The translations under genes were made by a program, and so were the position numbers. Below are positions 32,633 through 48,408 of a DNA stretch of 64,000 nt, piece by piece. The notes beneath the pieces were generated by a model. That model was not told the DNA's origin, did not search any database, and was given only the letters and a program-made list of their open reading frames with translations. How positions within the stretch are numbered: the stretch's first letter is position 1; the number at the start of each line of letters is the position of its first letter. Source of the DNA: the human T2T-CHM13v2.0 reference genome, Homo sapiens; NCBI RefSeq assembly GCF_009914755.1, contig NC_060930.1. One strand, written 5' to 3'.

Positions 32633-33153
32633 GTTGCAACAAATGTTCAATGAACAATTTATTGGATAAAAATATAAATATAACACAAAAGATTGGAAAC
32701 ATAGTCTATTATTTATCTATTGTTTCACTGAATCACCCAAAAACTTAGCAGCTAAAAACAGCAATAATCACTTATCATCTCTCATGTTTTTTATATGTCT
32801 TGAATTTGGGAATAGCTTAGATGGGCAGTTCTTCCTTGGTTCTCTCATGAGGTTTCAATGAGACGTTAGCAGTGGTTGCAGTCCTCTGAAGGTCTGACCA
32901 GGGAAAGAGGACCCACTTCCTAGCTGGCTCACCCACTGGGCAAGCAAGCTGAGTCTGGCTGTTGGTGGAAGACATCAGTTTCACTCCCCATGGGTCTCCC
33001 CAGGAATCCTTGAATATCCTCATAACATAGCATCCTTATAACATGGTGGCTGGATTCCTTCAGGGGAACCAATCCAAGAGATCAAATCAAAAACTGCAAA
33101 TTCTTTTAAGACCTATACTTAAAAATCATACACAGTCACTTTCAAGTTATTCT

Positions 33154-33750
<597 letters not shown>

Positions 33751-33919
33751 TGCTTTCCAGTTATTCTAATGGTCACATAGATCATTCTGATTCCATAGGG
33801 GAAGAAGCTGTCTACACAAGGGTGTAAATAGCGGGAGGTGAGAATTGGGTGCTATCTTGGAAGCCAGCCACAAATACATAGCAACATACTAAACATGTTA
33901 GCTCTGAGTAATGGGATAA

Positions 33920-34369
<450 letters not shown>

Positions 34370-34986
34370 CCATATATTATTTTTAAATCAGAAAAAAATA
34401 TGTATCTTGCTGTTTGTATATACACCTATATGCATATTTATGTATAGACATATTTATCTTCAAGTGAGAAACAAGGTATATATTATACATCATTCATAAT
34501 GGCAGACCCAACAAATAAAGTTCTCTAAATTCTTCTTATACTTAAGACAACATTTTCATAGACCTAAACATAAATTTTCATTCATTATAATGTAAATAAT
34601 CAAGTCATTTACAAAAATGTGTGCCTGGTTAATTTTCAGAAAATAAAATCAATTCATTGTTTGATTTTATTTGATCAAACAATGTTTGTTTGATCAAGTC
34701 TCAAAGATAAGCTAATTTCTAAAGCACAAATTATTCTTAACAATAATATCATTCATACTCACATAATTAGATGACAATATAATTGAGGAAATATTTGGGT
34801 AGCGATGTGGGAAATGGAGATGGAAACATTTATTTAGAGGCTAGACACTGATTTTCAAGTCTATGAGGATATTACAAATAATCACTAGCTGAAAAAATCC
34901 ACATAGAAATTTTGTTTTGTGTAAGGACTTTCTTTGCTTTATCTTGAGTCAGTTTTATAAGTTAAAGCTCATTTTTACAAGCTTCA

Positions 34987-35385
34987 TGTTATGGGAAGAA
35001 TGGGGCTCCCCCATCCCGATCCCTACTCCAAAAATGTTTATGTTGGATCCTTAACCCGTCATGTGACTGTATATGAAGATAGGGCCTTTAAGGAGGTAAC
35101 TCAGATTTAAAAGGTCATAAGGCTGGGGCCCTAACCCAATGGCACAGGTGGCCTTACATGCAGGAGAAGATCTATCAGAGACATGCATACACAGAAGAAA
35201 GGCCATGTGAGGACACAGCAAGAAGGTGGCCTCTGCAAGCCAAAGAGAGAGGTTGCAGGAGAAATCAAACCTGCCCTCACCTTGATGTGGGACTTCCAGG
35301 TTCCAGAACTGTGAGAAATGAGTTTCTGTATTTAAGCTACCCAGGCCATAGTATTTTGTTATGGCAGTCCTAGGAGGCTAATACA
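34987..35385 (+). mobile_element. MLT1B-like solo LTR
   Basis: TGTTATGGG...GATAGGGCCTTTAAGGAGGTAA...GGCCATGTGAGGACACAGC...TTTTGTTATGGCAG...CTAATACA. Confidence 0.9.
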
Positions 35386-35805
35386 CCACGCAATATAAGA
35401 TCTGTGGTAACTGAGCAATATTTCTAACAATGCAGTAGTTTTTGAGTATTGATGCCGACCAAATTAGCCTTTACCTGAAAATATCGAAAATTACAAAAAC
35501 ATATCAAAAAATAATATGATAAAATCATTCATAACCCACCACCTACTCTTCATTTTGTAGTATTTCTTTTTTCGTTTTTCCATGCATATACACTTTTAAA
35601 AAGTAATATTGGCATCACAGAATATATGTATATATTCTGTAATTTTCACTTAGTGTAATTTTCACTTAGAAAATATATATTAGTGTTTGTATTACTGTGT
35701 GCGTGCATGTGTGTATGTAAGGAGAGATAGATGATAGATAATATAATATATATTAGGATATTAGGAGAAATAGATAAATGCTAGATAGATGAGAGAGAGA
35801 GAGAG

Positions 35806-36174
35806 AGTTATGGACTGCATGTTTGTGCCCCCCCCTCAAATTTATATGTTGAAACACTACCCCCACCCCATGTGATGGTATTAGGAGGTGGGACCTTGGG
35901 AAGTAATTGGGATTAAATGAGATCATGAGAGTAGAGCCCTCATAAATGGGATTGATGCCTTCATAAGGATCATGAGAGACCTTGCTTCCTCTCTCTGCTC
36001 TCTGCCATGTGAGGATACAATAAGTCAGCCATCTGCAACCTGAAAGAGGGCCCTCATGACAACTTGACTATATTGGCACTCTGATCTCAGACTTTCAGCC
36101 TCCAGAACTGAGAAAAATAAATTTCTGTAGTTTAGAAGCCACCATGCCCATAGCAGCCTGAACTGACTAAAAGA
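35806..36174 (+). mobile_element. MLT1A-like solo LTR
   Basis: GTTATGGACTG...GTGATGGTATTAGGAGGTGGG...CTCAGACTTTCAGCCTCCAGAACTG...ATAGCAGCCTGAACTGACTAA. Confidence 0.88.
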
Positions 36175-36194
36175 TAGATAGGTAGATGGATATA

Positions 36195-36423
36195 TCTGCA
36201 TATACATACAGATACATATATAGGCAGAGTATTTATATTATATATACATATATTATGAGAATGTGTCTCTATATATACACACACACATATATATGGTTAC
36301 GGTTAGGGTTAGAGTGTGTGTATACATGTGTGTATATATATCATTATATGCTTATTGTATACAAGCATATATATTCTGCATATACATACAGATACAAATA
36401 TAGGCAGAGTATATATATTATAT
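36195..36423. repeat. 49-bp direct repeat (47/49 identical, offset 180) around TA/CA microsatellites
   Basis: TCTGCATATACATACAGATACA(T/A)ATATAGGCAGAGTAT(T/A)TATATTATAT at 36195-36243 and 36375-36423. Confidence 0.93.
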
Positions 36424-37324
36424 GCATATCCACACGTGTGATATTTCTCTATCTTACTTTAAGTAGAGGCATTCGCAGGCTACTAGAGACACAGAGAACA
36501 TGGAGCTATGCTTTGCAGTGGTGGTAAGAGCACCAAGCCTTGGAAGAGGAAATCTGGTTACTCTTCTTCCCCGCTACCAACTAGCTCTGTAAGTCTTAGT
36601 ATTTCTGAATTTCTCTGGAACTCAAATTCCTTCTCCTTAAGCCATGCTACAGACACCCAACTCAAATTGTTCTAGGCCAGAGAAAAGAGAATTTGCCAAA
36701 AGGCTCAAAGAATTTAGAAAGGCCCTAGAGTTCCACCAGAACTCTTCCTCCGCCTGTTTTATGCTTTCTTTTTTCAAATATGGTAGGAATCATGGCCACC
36801 AGTTTCTTCCAAGATCCTTATGACACTTTCTTCTCCAGAGAAGGACTGAGTCTCTTCTCCTGGATCCAGTTCAAAAATTTCCAAGGAACAAACAACTATG
36901 GGAATGGAGTCTGGTACCTACCCGATGTAGGGAAAGGGCATTGACTAGGAAAAAGGGAGCTGTTCCTAAAAGGGAGAGAAGCTAGTTAGAGGAAACAATG
37001 TTATACCACAGGAGATCTGGACTATGGATAAGACACCAATGTCCTAAATGTTCTTTAATTTCCTCTTTGCATATCATCTGAATTTCTTCCCAACCTTCCG
37101 GTTCAATAAATTGGAGATAGTTATGGTTCTTGACGCTGTTAAACTGAGAGCATCAAGTGTAGGTGGAGAAGGGGGAGGGAAATTGATTTCTTTGACAAAG
37201 TTATTTCTCTGGGAAAAAAAATCTGCAAAAATATTCCACCTTGCTTTTAGGCATAATTTTATCATATTTAATTAGTACTGAAGCCAAGAGTTAGGCTTAG
37301 ACCTTGACTGGAAGCAAACACTGT

Positions 37325-37720
37325 GCTAGGGTACTAAAGCTGGCTTGTACTTGCTTGCAAGAGTTGATTGTTAAATTTTGGCAAAAAATTTGGTAAGCCA
37401 GCTGCTAAACCCCAATATTGTTAAAAATTAACCTATATAAACTTAAAATTAAATTATATTTTAGAAGGTAATAATACTTAGAATTCATCACTTCCTAATT
37501 GTTTATTTTACTATCACATATGCTGTTGAGGTTATTTACATTTATTGTACTTGTACGGTGGAAATACTAAATAATAGCATGCTATCATGCATCTCCTGCC
37601 ATTGTTTACTTAAAATCAACCAAAGTGGGAATGTGTACACCATGGAAATCAGCAACTACTACAAATAGGATTTTTTTTCTTAGAAAGCTGATTGGTAAAT
37701 ACTTAACCTTCACACCACGG
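37325..37720. mobile_element. MER63-like (MER63B) hAT DNA transposon relic
   Basis: GAGTTGATTGTTAAATTTT...CATCACTTCCTAATT...GGTGGAAATACT...TACACCATGGAAATCAGCAA...CACACCAC. Confidence 0.8.
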
Positions 37721-37879
37721 AACACCACTTTCAAATATTAAAGAAATCAATTGGACTTGAAAATTTACAGGACTTCTGGGAGCCTAGAGTGGACTGAAAC
37801 AATCTAAAAGTAGTTTAAAATATTATCTCTGGTCTCCACTAGTCAAATAAAAGTGTCCAAAAAAAATCATAACATTCTG

Positions 37880-39264
<1,385 letters not shown>

Positions 39265-39559
39265 CTAAGTATAAGAGAATCTTAACCCTCATTGCTCAAT
39301 CAGGAACACAGATATTCTTGAAATAACAGCTTAAATATGATGTTCTCATAATCAGAAATGCAAACAAAACAAGATATCCAGAGATAAAAGAAAATTTATC
39401 TGTACTTTAAAATTTTTTTGAGTTCAGCCTAGTTTTTATGTATTCATATCATGCAACAATACATAGCTATCAAAAACATTTTCTCGAAAAGTAGTAAAGA
39501 GCATAGAAAAATAATAATGTGAATTCAATGAAGCATCAAATAAAACTCTAGTGATCTTC

Positions 39560-40075
39560 ATTTTATGTTTATTATAATATTAACATAAAATAAAATGCAC
39601 AAATTTTAGGTGTTCAGTTTTACATATCTTGGCAATTGTATACACTAGCATAACTACCATCCAACAAGAAATAGAACATTTTTGGGTGTTCTTTATATAT
39701 TCTGCCTACAAATTTTTTGCATGCATATGAGCTGAGAATATTTTTTTCCCAGTTTAAGACTTGTCTAGTCATTTCTGAATGATGCCTTTTAAAAAGCAGA
39801 AAATTTTTTGTGAAGTCGAATTTAACATTTTTTCTCTTATTGTTAATGCTTTTTGTGTTCTTTCCTTGAAATCTATGCCCACCCTAAGATCAAAAAGATA
39901 TTCTCTTTTTGTTCTTGAAACTTTATGTTTCTGGTTTTAAGTTGAGGTCTATGATCTGTCTCAAATGAGTTTTTTTGTATAGAATGAGATATGGGTCAAA
40001 GTTCATTTGTTTTCTTCCATGTGGATATTCAGTTGCTCCAGCAGCATTGCTAAATCCTTTGGAAATCGACTTGGT
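39560..40075 (-). mobile_element. Old L1M fragments
   Basis: TAAAATGCACAAATTTTAGGTGTTCAG; ATATTCTCTTTTTG...TGAGGTCTATGATC...GGATATTCAGTTGCTCCAGCA. Confidence 0.75.
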
Positions 40076-40089
40076 ACACTGACTGATCT

Positions 40090-40413
40090 TGGTTTGTTTG
40101 TTTGTTTGTTTGTTTGGAAACAGGGTCTCACTCTGTCACCCAGGCTGAAGTGCAGTAGCACCACCATGGCTCACTGCAGCCTCAACTTTTCCTGGGCTCA
40201 GGTGATCCTCCCACCTCAGCCTCCTGAGTAGCTGGGTCCACAGGCATTAGTTTAAAATTAATTAAAAATTAGTCCACAGCTAATTTTTGCATTTTTGTAG
40301 AGACAGGGTTTTACCATGTTGCCTAGCCTGGTCGCAAACTCCTGAGCTCAAGTGATCCTCCCACCTTGGCCTACCAAAGTGCTGGGATTACAGGCATGAG
40401 CCCCGCACCCAGC
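40090..40413 (-). mobile_element. Alu (AluJ-like)
   Basis: Dimer with (GTTT)n tail and a small AT-rich insert. Confidence 0.93.
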
Positions 40414-40466
40414 TTCTCTTGGTTTATTTTGTAAAGTATAATATACAGACAAAAAGGCTAAAAGTA

Positions 40467-40807
40467 CAGTTTTCCCTTGGTATACACAGAGGACTGGTTC
40501 CAGGACCACCTGTGCATACCAAAATCTTACTCATACTCAAGTCCCTCAGTCGGACCTGCGGAACCCATGTATATGAAAAGTCAGCCCCCTCCGACTGCCA
40601 ATATATGCAAGTTTCCCATCCCTCAAATATGAATTTTGTATTTTTTTAAGTGAAAGCAAGTTGATTAAGAAAGTAAAGGAATAAAAGAATGGCTACTTCA
40701 TAGTCAGAAAAGCCAAATTTTGTATTTTTTATCCAAGTTTGGTTGAAAAAGATCTGCGTAAAACTGGACCCATTCAGTTCAAACCTGTGTTGTTCAAGGA
40801 CCAACTG
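40467..40807. mobile_element. MER2 (Tigger-type DNA transposon relic) with TA TSD
   Basis: ta-CAGTTTTCCCTTGGTAT...TTCAAACCTGTGTTGTTCAAGGACCAACTG-ta; TIRs and TA duplications visible. Confidence 0.92.
40647..40715 (-). mobile_element. Retroposed ERV1 LTR 3'-end fragment (LTR8/MER4-group-like) inside MER2
   Basis: Minus strand GGCTTTTCTGACTATGAAGTAGCCATTCTTTTATTCCTTTACTTTCTTAATCAACTTGCTTTCACTT followed by an A run; TSD AATTTTGTATTTTTT at 40632-40646 and 40716-40730. Confidence 0.8.
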
Positions 40808-43059
40808 TAAAACTGAAAGCATTAATGATAGTTATTATTAAGTGATAGGATTATAAGTTGTTTTCTTGTCTTCTTTATACCTTTCTGCATTTTCTTAATT
40901 TTTGACAATAAACCTGTATTACTTCGTAATCTAAAAATATATAAAGCTTTTAAATTTTCATGTTCATTTTTTCTTTTCCTTTAGCTATAGCATAAAACCT
41001 ACAAAATTATAGCTTAAAATGCACATAAATAAATGTAACTTTAAAAACTTGTAAGTTTGACTCTATACGCAAATATCTTACAGATAAGTAAGATATTTTA
41101 TCTAAATGATAAAAGTACATCTGAATAAGTGGACACATTGTGAAAAGTATTCCAACAATTACTATGTATTTTAGCTCTATTTTTATATCTTTCATTTACG
41201 CTGAATAATTCTGGAAGTTCATAAAATTTGCCAAGTACAAAACTTTGAACATCGCTTTAGATATGAATATTTTGTCATTTCAATTTTGTAATAATTTACA
41301 TATATATTTAAGTTCTTTCTGTGCTGGCAAAGTGTTTTTCAAAGGCCCAGAAATTCCTTTTTTTCTTGCATGGGGTTAAACACTGATCTCATAATCTTAT
41401 ACTCCAAACTTTAGAGACTCTTTCTTGTGAGTTCAAAAGTAAACATCAACCCCTATGTGTCTATCACAAATGGAGTCAAAATGAAAGCAGTTTTGCTGTA
41501 ACATGGTATTATGCCTGAAGAGATAAATATATACTGGCAAAAGAGGAAGACAAGCTAAGAATCAACAGTAAAAATGTATAACTCATCAGTTTCGATTACA
41601 GAAATGTCACATACAACTTTCTTCTTTCTGTTTTGAATTGGTTTTGGATTCCCTGTTTTGCTTGAGGTTTAAATTTCAGCCTTAAATGATCAAACACCAG
41701 TTCTCCAGGCCTGCCTTTCTTACTTTCTCAGCAATTTAAGCCAGCTTAGACAATTCAACTTAACCTAAATTAGTCAAACATTGGAAAACTCTCAACACAC
41801 CTGGCGTGTTTCAGCTGTATGACAACCTGGGCCTCAAGCTTCATTGCACTGATTTGTGGCACAACAGTTAGCAGCATGCTTGGGAAGGGAGGCCTATATC
41901 ATGGGAACGTCGAGAATGGGAGTAGAGAGAGGAATCTAACAGCAGTTCTTCTGATGGACTACGTAATCAAAATATTTACTTTCACTGTACGGCTATTGTG
42001 GCACTGAAATGACACATATGTATGGTGAACCTGGGTAGAATATTAGAAAGCTGCTGTATAGGAAGCAGCATTGTCTAAAAAATATATCGAACAGAAGAAA
42101 TCTAACATGGAAAAAATAGTTAATATGAATAAATACTGAGGAGGGAAAAAAGGAGTCCTGGAAAAGTGATCGCAGAACTGCAAAAATGACTATTTAGGAC
42201 TGAAAGAGTTCATGTGGTAACTTTTCTGCAGCTGTGACCATTTGTCCGTATTAACAACAGACCTGTTTTGTTTTGTTTGGGGTTTTGACAAATTACAGCA
42301 TCCTGTATTGTTCTCTCATCTTGTGGAAAGAAAGGGAAATGTAACTCTATAGAGTTTTATCTTGTATTTTTTATTTTCCCAAAATTCTCCTGAACTCACC
42401 GATAGGTGTAGACTAGATGCAAAAGCCTTTGAACTTCAATTGTAAAGTCAGAGGGAAAGGTTTGGTCTTGACGATTCTAAGTCAGTCACTAATGGAAATG
42501 AAAGCTGTGCACTCTGGAAACCCTGGCTCCGGTGCTGGGGGATCATGTGCAAACCATGGAATAAGTGGTCAGGCCAGAGCTCTGGAACAGCCTTCCTGTC
42601 CCTTGGCTAAGTCTCCCTTCCCCACAATTTCCACAGCTGCTTATCCCAACCCCACTTCTCTGCCTGTTTTTCTCCAACACAAATCAACACTTTAATCAGA
42701 AGTATTGAAGTTCCTAATTGGTGGAGAAGGCAAAGATACTGTACCAAGAAGTGAAACGGATAGGTTCCTCCCTGCTAGAACCAATGTAAAGTTACAAAAC
42801 AACCAATTAAGAAAGGATTATATTTTTCAAAGACCAACTGATGAGATCATTGTGTTTTTTAAGCTTGAGGAGGATGATTTGGTATGATTTAGGCAAAAAG
42901 GAGAATATTCTCAGTGCTTGACCCTTGGCCTTCCAACACACACACAAACACCGTTTTTTGGTTTTTTGGTTTTAAAGAAAAAGAGTTTATGATTGGGGGA
43001 ATCATTGATTTGAAGAGAACTGGACTAACAGAGTCCTTGTCTATCAGTTTCTACTCATT

Positions 43060-43368
<309 letters not shown>

Positions 43369-43470
43369 ACCTTCTACTCATTGCTATTACATGGGATCTA
43401 CAGGGAGAAAGAGTTTCTGTCCCTTATTTCTACTGATGGACAACCCCTTTAGTCTTTTTTTAACAATCTC

Positions 43471-43909
43471 TGTAGTGGATTGTATGGTGACTCCCAACAA
43501 GGTATGTCCATGTCCTGACCACCAGAGCCTGGGAACATGGCCTTATTAGGAGAAGAGGTCTTTGCAAATGAAATCAAGTTAAGAACTTAGATGAGGTAAT
43601 CTTGGACTATCCAGGTGGGCCCTAAGTGCAATGACAAGTGTCCTTATGAGAGACAGAAGAGAAGCCCATGGAAATATGGAAGCAGAGATTAGAGGGAGGA
43701 AGTCACAGGCCAAGAACAACTGGAACCACCAGCGTCTGGAAGAAGAAAAGAAAAAAATATCTCCTACAGCCTCCAGAGAGAGTAACGTGCCCTGTCAGCA
43801 ACTTGATTTCAGACTTCTGGTCTCCAGGACTATGAAAGAATCAATTTCTGTTGTTTTAAAGTACTAAATTTGTGGTAATTTGTTACAGCAGCCTCAGGAA
43901 ACTAATACA
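43471..43909 (+). mobile_element. MLT1C-like solo LTR
   Basis: TGTAGTGG...GGTCTTTGCAAATG...TTGTGGTAATTTGTTACAGCAGCCTCAGGAAACTAATACA. Confidence 0.9.
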
Positions 43910-43967
43910 GTAAACTAAGGTGTTTGTTTTTGTTTTTGTTTTCAGTTTCTAATTCCACAATTTCTAT

Positions 43968-44900
43968 TATTCATTCATTTGTTCAGTAAACAAACAGGCA
44001 ATGAATGTGTCAGGCATTGGACAATGCACGAGAGATACAGAGTTGAAAAATAAATCTATTCTCAAGAGCTTTATAAACTGATAGGGAGAATCAGACATGT
44101 AAGTACAATGAAGTATTACAATGTCATTATTATGTATAGGCATGAGAAGGAAGTGACCACTGCTTCCTGGGATGGTCACAAAAGGGTTCAAAGAAGAGAG
44201 ACACAGAAAAGCTGAAGAAGTGTTTGCTGGCCAAGAGGGTTAAGAATGGGAGGGAGGGAATTCTTGGAAGAGAAAGTATCATAAACAGAGGTATGGAGGT
44301 ATGCAATCACATAACCTCTACAAATATTGGATGCTTTTAAGTATATCTGGTAAGATTCTACAGTAGGCCTGGTGAAAGGCAGTGCTAAAGGGTAGATAAG
44401 GAAGGGCCAGATTATTGACAGCCACATTAGTCAAGCTGAAGAGTTTGGAATGAGTCCTATGGCAAATGGGAAACCCTTAAAACTTAAGGTTTTTAAGCAG
44501 GGTGGCAACATGTCACACTTGTGTTTCAGAAAGTTTGCTGTGGTAGAGGTGGGCTGGGTGCCTTGGGGACTCAAGATCAAGGCAGGGAGATTCATTAGAA
44601 GAGTACTGATGTGGTCAAAGGAGCAGAACTAAGGCTAAACTAAGGCACAATCATGAGGCGGAGCAGAGGAATGGCAAGAAAGAGAAATTGACAAAGGAAT
44701 CTGAGAAAGAATAGAGTTTGAGTTAGAAAGTGAGAAGCAAACAGAGCAAATTCTATTGCAGTAACCAAGAGAGAAGAGGGGATCAAGAAGGAAGTAACAA
44801 CAGTCAGAAGCCAAGTGATGTGAAGAGGACTCCATTGGATTTGCCAATGAAGAGGCCACTGGTGACTTTGGCAGAAAAGTTTGAGGGGAGATGTTATCTA
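43968..44900 (-). mobile_element. L2 fragments
   Basis: Begins TTCATTCATTTGTTCAGTAAAC (L2 3' tail); GGCAAATGGGAAACC...GGTTTTTAAGCAGGG; CATTGGATTTGCCAATGAAGAGGCCACTGGTGAC. Confidence 0.8.
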
Positions 44901-44944
44901 TTAGCCATGTAAATTGCTGGCAAGTCAATTAGCATCAGCAAAAC

Positions 44945-45291
44945 AAAGATTGGTCCATAGATCAGTAGTCATCAAAATATATTCCCCACACTATCCCAGC
45001 ATCATCTTGGAACTTAGAAATGCAAATTCTCAGGCCCCACTCCCCCTAAATCAGATACACTGGGTTAGGGGTCCACAATCTAGGTTCTAACAACGATTTT
45101 GATGCAGAAGTCTGAGAACCGTCTATATACACTAGACAGGACTTTACTGCTGAAAAGGTAATTCATGGACTGGCAGCATCAATATCACCTGGGAGCTTGT
45201 TGGACCCCACACCTGACCCATTGAATCAGAATCTGCATTGTAATAAGATCTCACGTGATTCAGTTACACAGTGAAGTTAGAGAAGCACTGT
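44945..45291. mobile_element. Two adjacent MER5A/B elements (hAT-Charlie)
   Basis: CAGCATCATCTTGGAACTTAGAAATGCAAATTCTCAGGCCCCAC; GCAGCATCAATATCACCTGGGAGCTTGTT...TGAATCAGAATCTGCATT...GAGAAGCACTG. Confidence 0.8.
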
Positions 45292-45824
45292 TGAAGGATT
45301 TCAATCTCAATAGCTTTCTTGCCCAGTGTCTGAGATTACCTTTTACATAAATCTGCTAAGTTGCTAATTCAAGGAAGGGGGGAGAATTCAATATAACATA
45401 ACATATTTCCTCCTCTCAAGTGGGATAATAAGGAATAACAAATGGGCTATTTATAGCTTACATGAGACCAGAAACATTGCATGTGCAGTCAAAGTAATGT
45501 AGGTGCTTTGTAGTTTTTGGCATTTCAATTCTAGGTTACAGAAATACATGTTTTTCCTCAAAAAGATAGAAAACCTACTGGGGTTCATTATATTATTCTG
45601 GTGGAAAATAATATCAGGCCATTAGGACTTTATTCAAAAAAGTATCTTGGTATTCTTGACAGAGACAGTATATGGAAACAGATAGATCTTTACATAACCT
45701 TAGTGGGGAATTGCTTGTTAGGAAACCAAAAACATTAAGATCTGTGCAATTTACTGTTTGTAAAATAGAGCTCCATAAAAAAACTGAGAACAATTATATT
45801 TACTTTGTGTAAATATAGTTTAGC

Positions 45825-45995
45825 CCAAAGATTCTCAAAATGTCCTCAGACCAGCAGCATTGGCACCACTGATTGGCTTGTTAGAAATGCAAATGATTGG
45901 GCTCTGCTGTGACCAACTAGATCAGTATCCCTGGGGCCGGGATACAGGAAATTGTCTAGCAATCCAGGTGATTCTCGTGCATGGTAAAATTTGGT
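45825..45995. mobile_element. MER5A
   Basis: GACCAGCAGCATTGGCACCAC...CTTGTTAGAAATGCAAAT...CCAGGTGATTCT. Confidence 0.78.
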
Positions 45996-46745
45996 TTAGG
46001 CCTCAGAGACGCTTCATATAAAACACCTCTGCCTGCATTGTCTCTTCTTTGCCTTAACTGCCTCTGAAACTCTCTTCTCGGCTGAAATATTTTCATTTAT
46101 CTTTAAAATCCTTTTGTGGGTCCTTTCCTCCTTCCCCTTTTTTCTTCCTCTATCTACCTATGTCTTTCCGTTCTACTTTTTCACTTCCTGTTTTGTTCCT
46201 AGCTCACTTTAGCTTTGAACTGCCCCATTCTCAAAGATGCATACAAATCTAGCACTTCTACGCAAAAATGTGCCAGCCTAAGCAAGTCTATTAGATACCC
46301 ATGCTCAGCATTATGAAAGAAACGAAACAGTACATCAGCCACTTAGTTCTTGAAACAATGCAACTTAAAGAAATGACAGTATAGAACGAGTCACTGTACA
46401 GTTCTTTGGTATTAATGTGACTTTAGCAAGAACACTCATGACTGTCATGTGCTAACTGTCCACAAAATGTCTGCTGGCATAGAAAAGTACATGATTTTCA
46501 ATCTACAGGCAGTTCACCAGAACATTTGGGCCCTGTATTAGGATTAAATGTTCATGACTTCACCATAAGAGGTGGCTAATAGGTACAGTAGGAACAAATA
46601 TTAATAATAATATTAATAAAAGTGTTACTTTGTTTAACTGAAATAATTTGTCTTTATTATACAGTCTACCACTAATAATGATCATTGCTTATAATTATTT
46701 ATTACTAAATTTAGTCCAAAGCCTTTTCTATGAGCCTTACAGTTA

Positions 46746-47135
<390 letters not shown>

Positions 47136-47139
47136 TACT

Positions 47140-47335
47140 AATGTATTCAAACCTCCCCATAACCCTATGAGTTCAATACTATTATTATCATCTCCATTTT
47201 ACAGATGAGGAAATAGAGGAATGGTAAGGTTAAGTAACTTGTCTAGAGTCATTTTGCTGGGAAGTAGTAGACATGGGATTTGCATATAGGCAATCGAGCT
47301 TTGGGGTCCTAGATTGTAACTACTGCATTACACTG
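47140..47335 (-). mobile_element. MIR
   Basis: CATCTCCATTTTACAGATGAGGAAATAGAGG...GGTTAAGTAACTTG. Confidence 0.85.
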
Positions 47336-47909
47336 CTTCTCAAGTGAGAATGGGTTGAATTATACAAGACATATTTGAATTTCACGTTTCTTCACCTTTT
47401 GCAATAAGAGACCAGGTTCATTACATATTTTCACATTCTCACACTTTTGTGGAAACAGCATGGTACTGTGGGGCAAATGCCTGCCTGGGAGCCAGAGGTC
47501 CTCAAATTTTATCCTAGTATTATAAGCAACTAACTAGATGCATATGGGGACGCTCATGGGTTTACCCTTAATAGGTCACAATTTCTTCTCTTACAAAAGG
47601 GGAGTGTTAGACTCCATTAGATCATATTAATGGTTCTTTCCAGATCCAACATTCTGTGAATTCGAAGAATGAAACATAGTCCTAGGAAATAATTAGACTT
47701 GGGAACATAACGGTACACAGAAGCATAATTAATCAATTTTCTAATTATTCCTTTAGCTATAATATAAACAAATAATTCAACATGGCATAATTCTTGGTTA
47801 TTAAGGCAGAACAGAAGTGTTTGCTACTATGTGAACAACATGCAGAGAAATAAAAACAAAAACTAAAGTACGTTTGCTCAACATGATAAAGGCCAGAGGT
47901 GAGGGATAG

Positions 47910-48408
47910 TGTTAATTTCCTACTGTTGCTTTAACAAATTATCACAATTTAGTGGCTTTAAAAAAGCCCACAAATTTATCTTATAGTTCTGGAGATCAGA
48001 AATCTAAACTGTGTCTCACAAGGCCATAATCAAGCATCAGTAGGGCTGTGTTCCTTCTGGAGGCCTAGGGCAGAGTCCATTTTCCTGGCCTTCTCCAGCT
48101 TCTGCAGGTGGCCTACATTCCTTGGCTCATGGCTCCTTTCCCCTACTTTCAAAGCTGGCAATGACAGGTTAAGTCCATCTCATATGACATCATTCTGACC
48201 TCTTCTATTAGGTTGGTGCAAAAGTAATCACGGCTTTGCCTTGTGATTAAATTAGGCCCACCCACATAATCCAGGATAGTCTTTCCTTCTCAATATCCTT
48301 AGTTTAACCACATCTGCAAAGTCCTTTGGCCATGTGAGATAACACCGTAACAGGTTTCAGGGATTAAGACATGAACTTCTTTTTGGGGGCCACTTATTTT
48401 GCCTACCA
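47910..48408 (-). mobile_element. MLT1D-like solo LTR containing a half MADE1
   Basis: TAACAAATTATCACAATTTAGTGGCTT...CACATCTGCAAAGTCC...ATTTTGCCTACCA. Confidence 0.88.
48206..48240. mobile_element. Half MADE1 (single TIR arm)
   Basis: TA-TTAGGTTGGTGCAAAAGTAATCACGGCTTTGCC with no partner arm. Confidence 0.85.

Larger units (their letters stand above)
30870..32660 (+). mobile_element. L2a 3' portion interrupted by MSTA and MLT2 LTRs
   Basis: CATCATCTCTTACCTGGATT...CTGGTCTCCCTGCTTC; the terminal L2 sequence resumes between the LTRs (TCTAGCACATA) and after them (AAATGTTCAATGAA). Confidence 0.8.
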
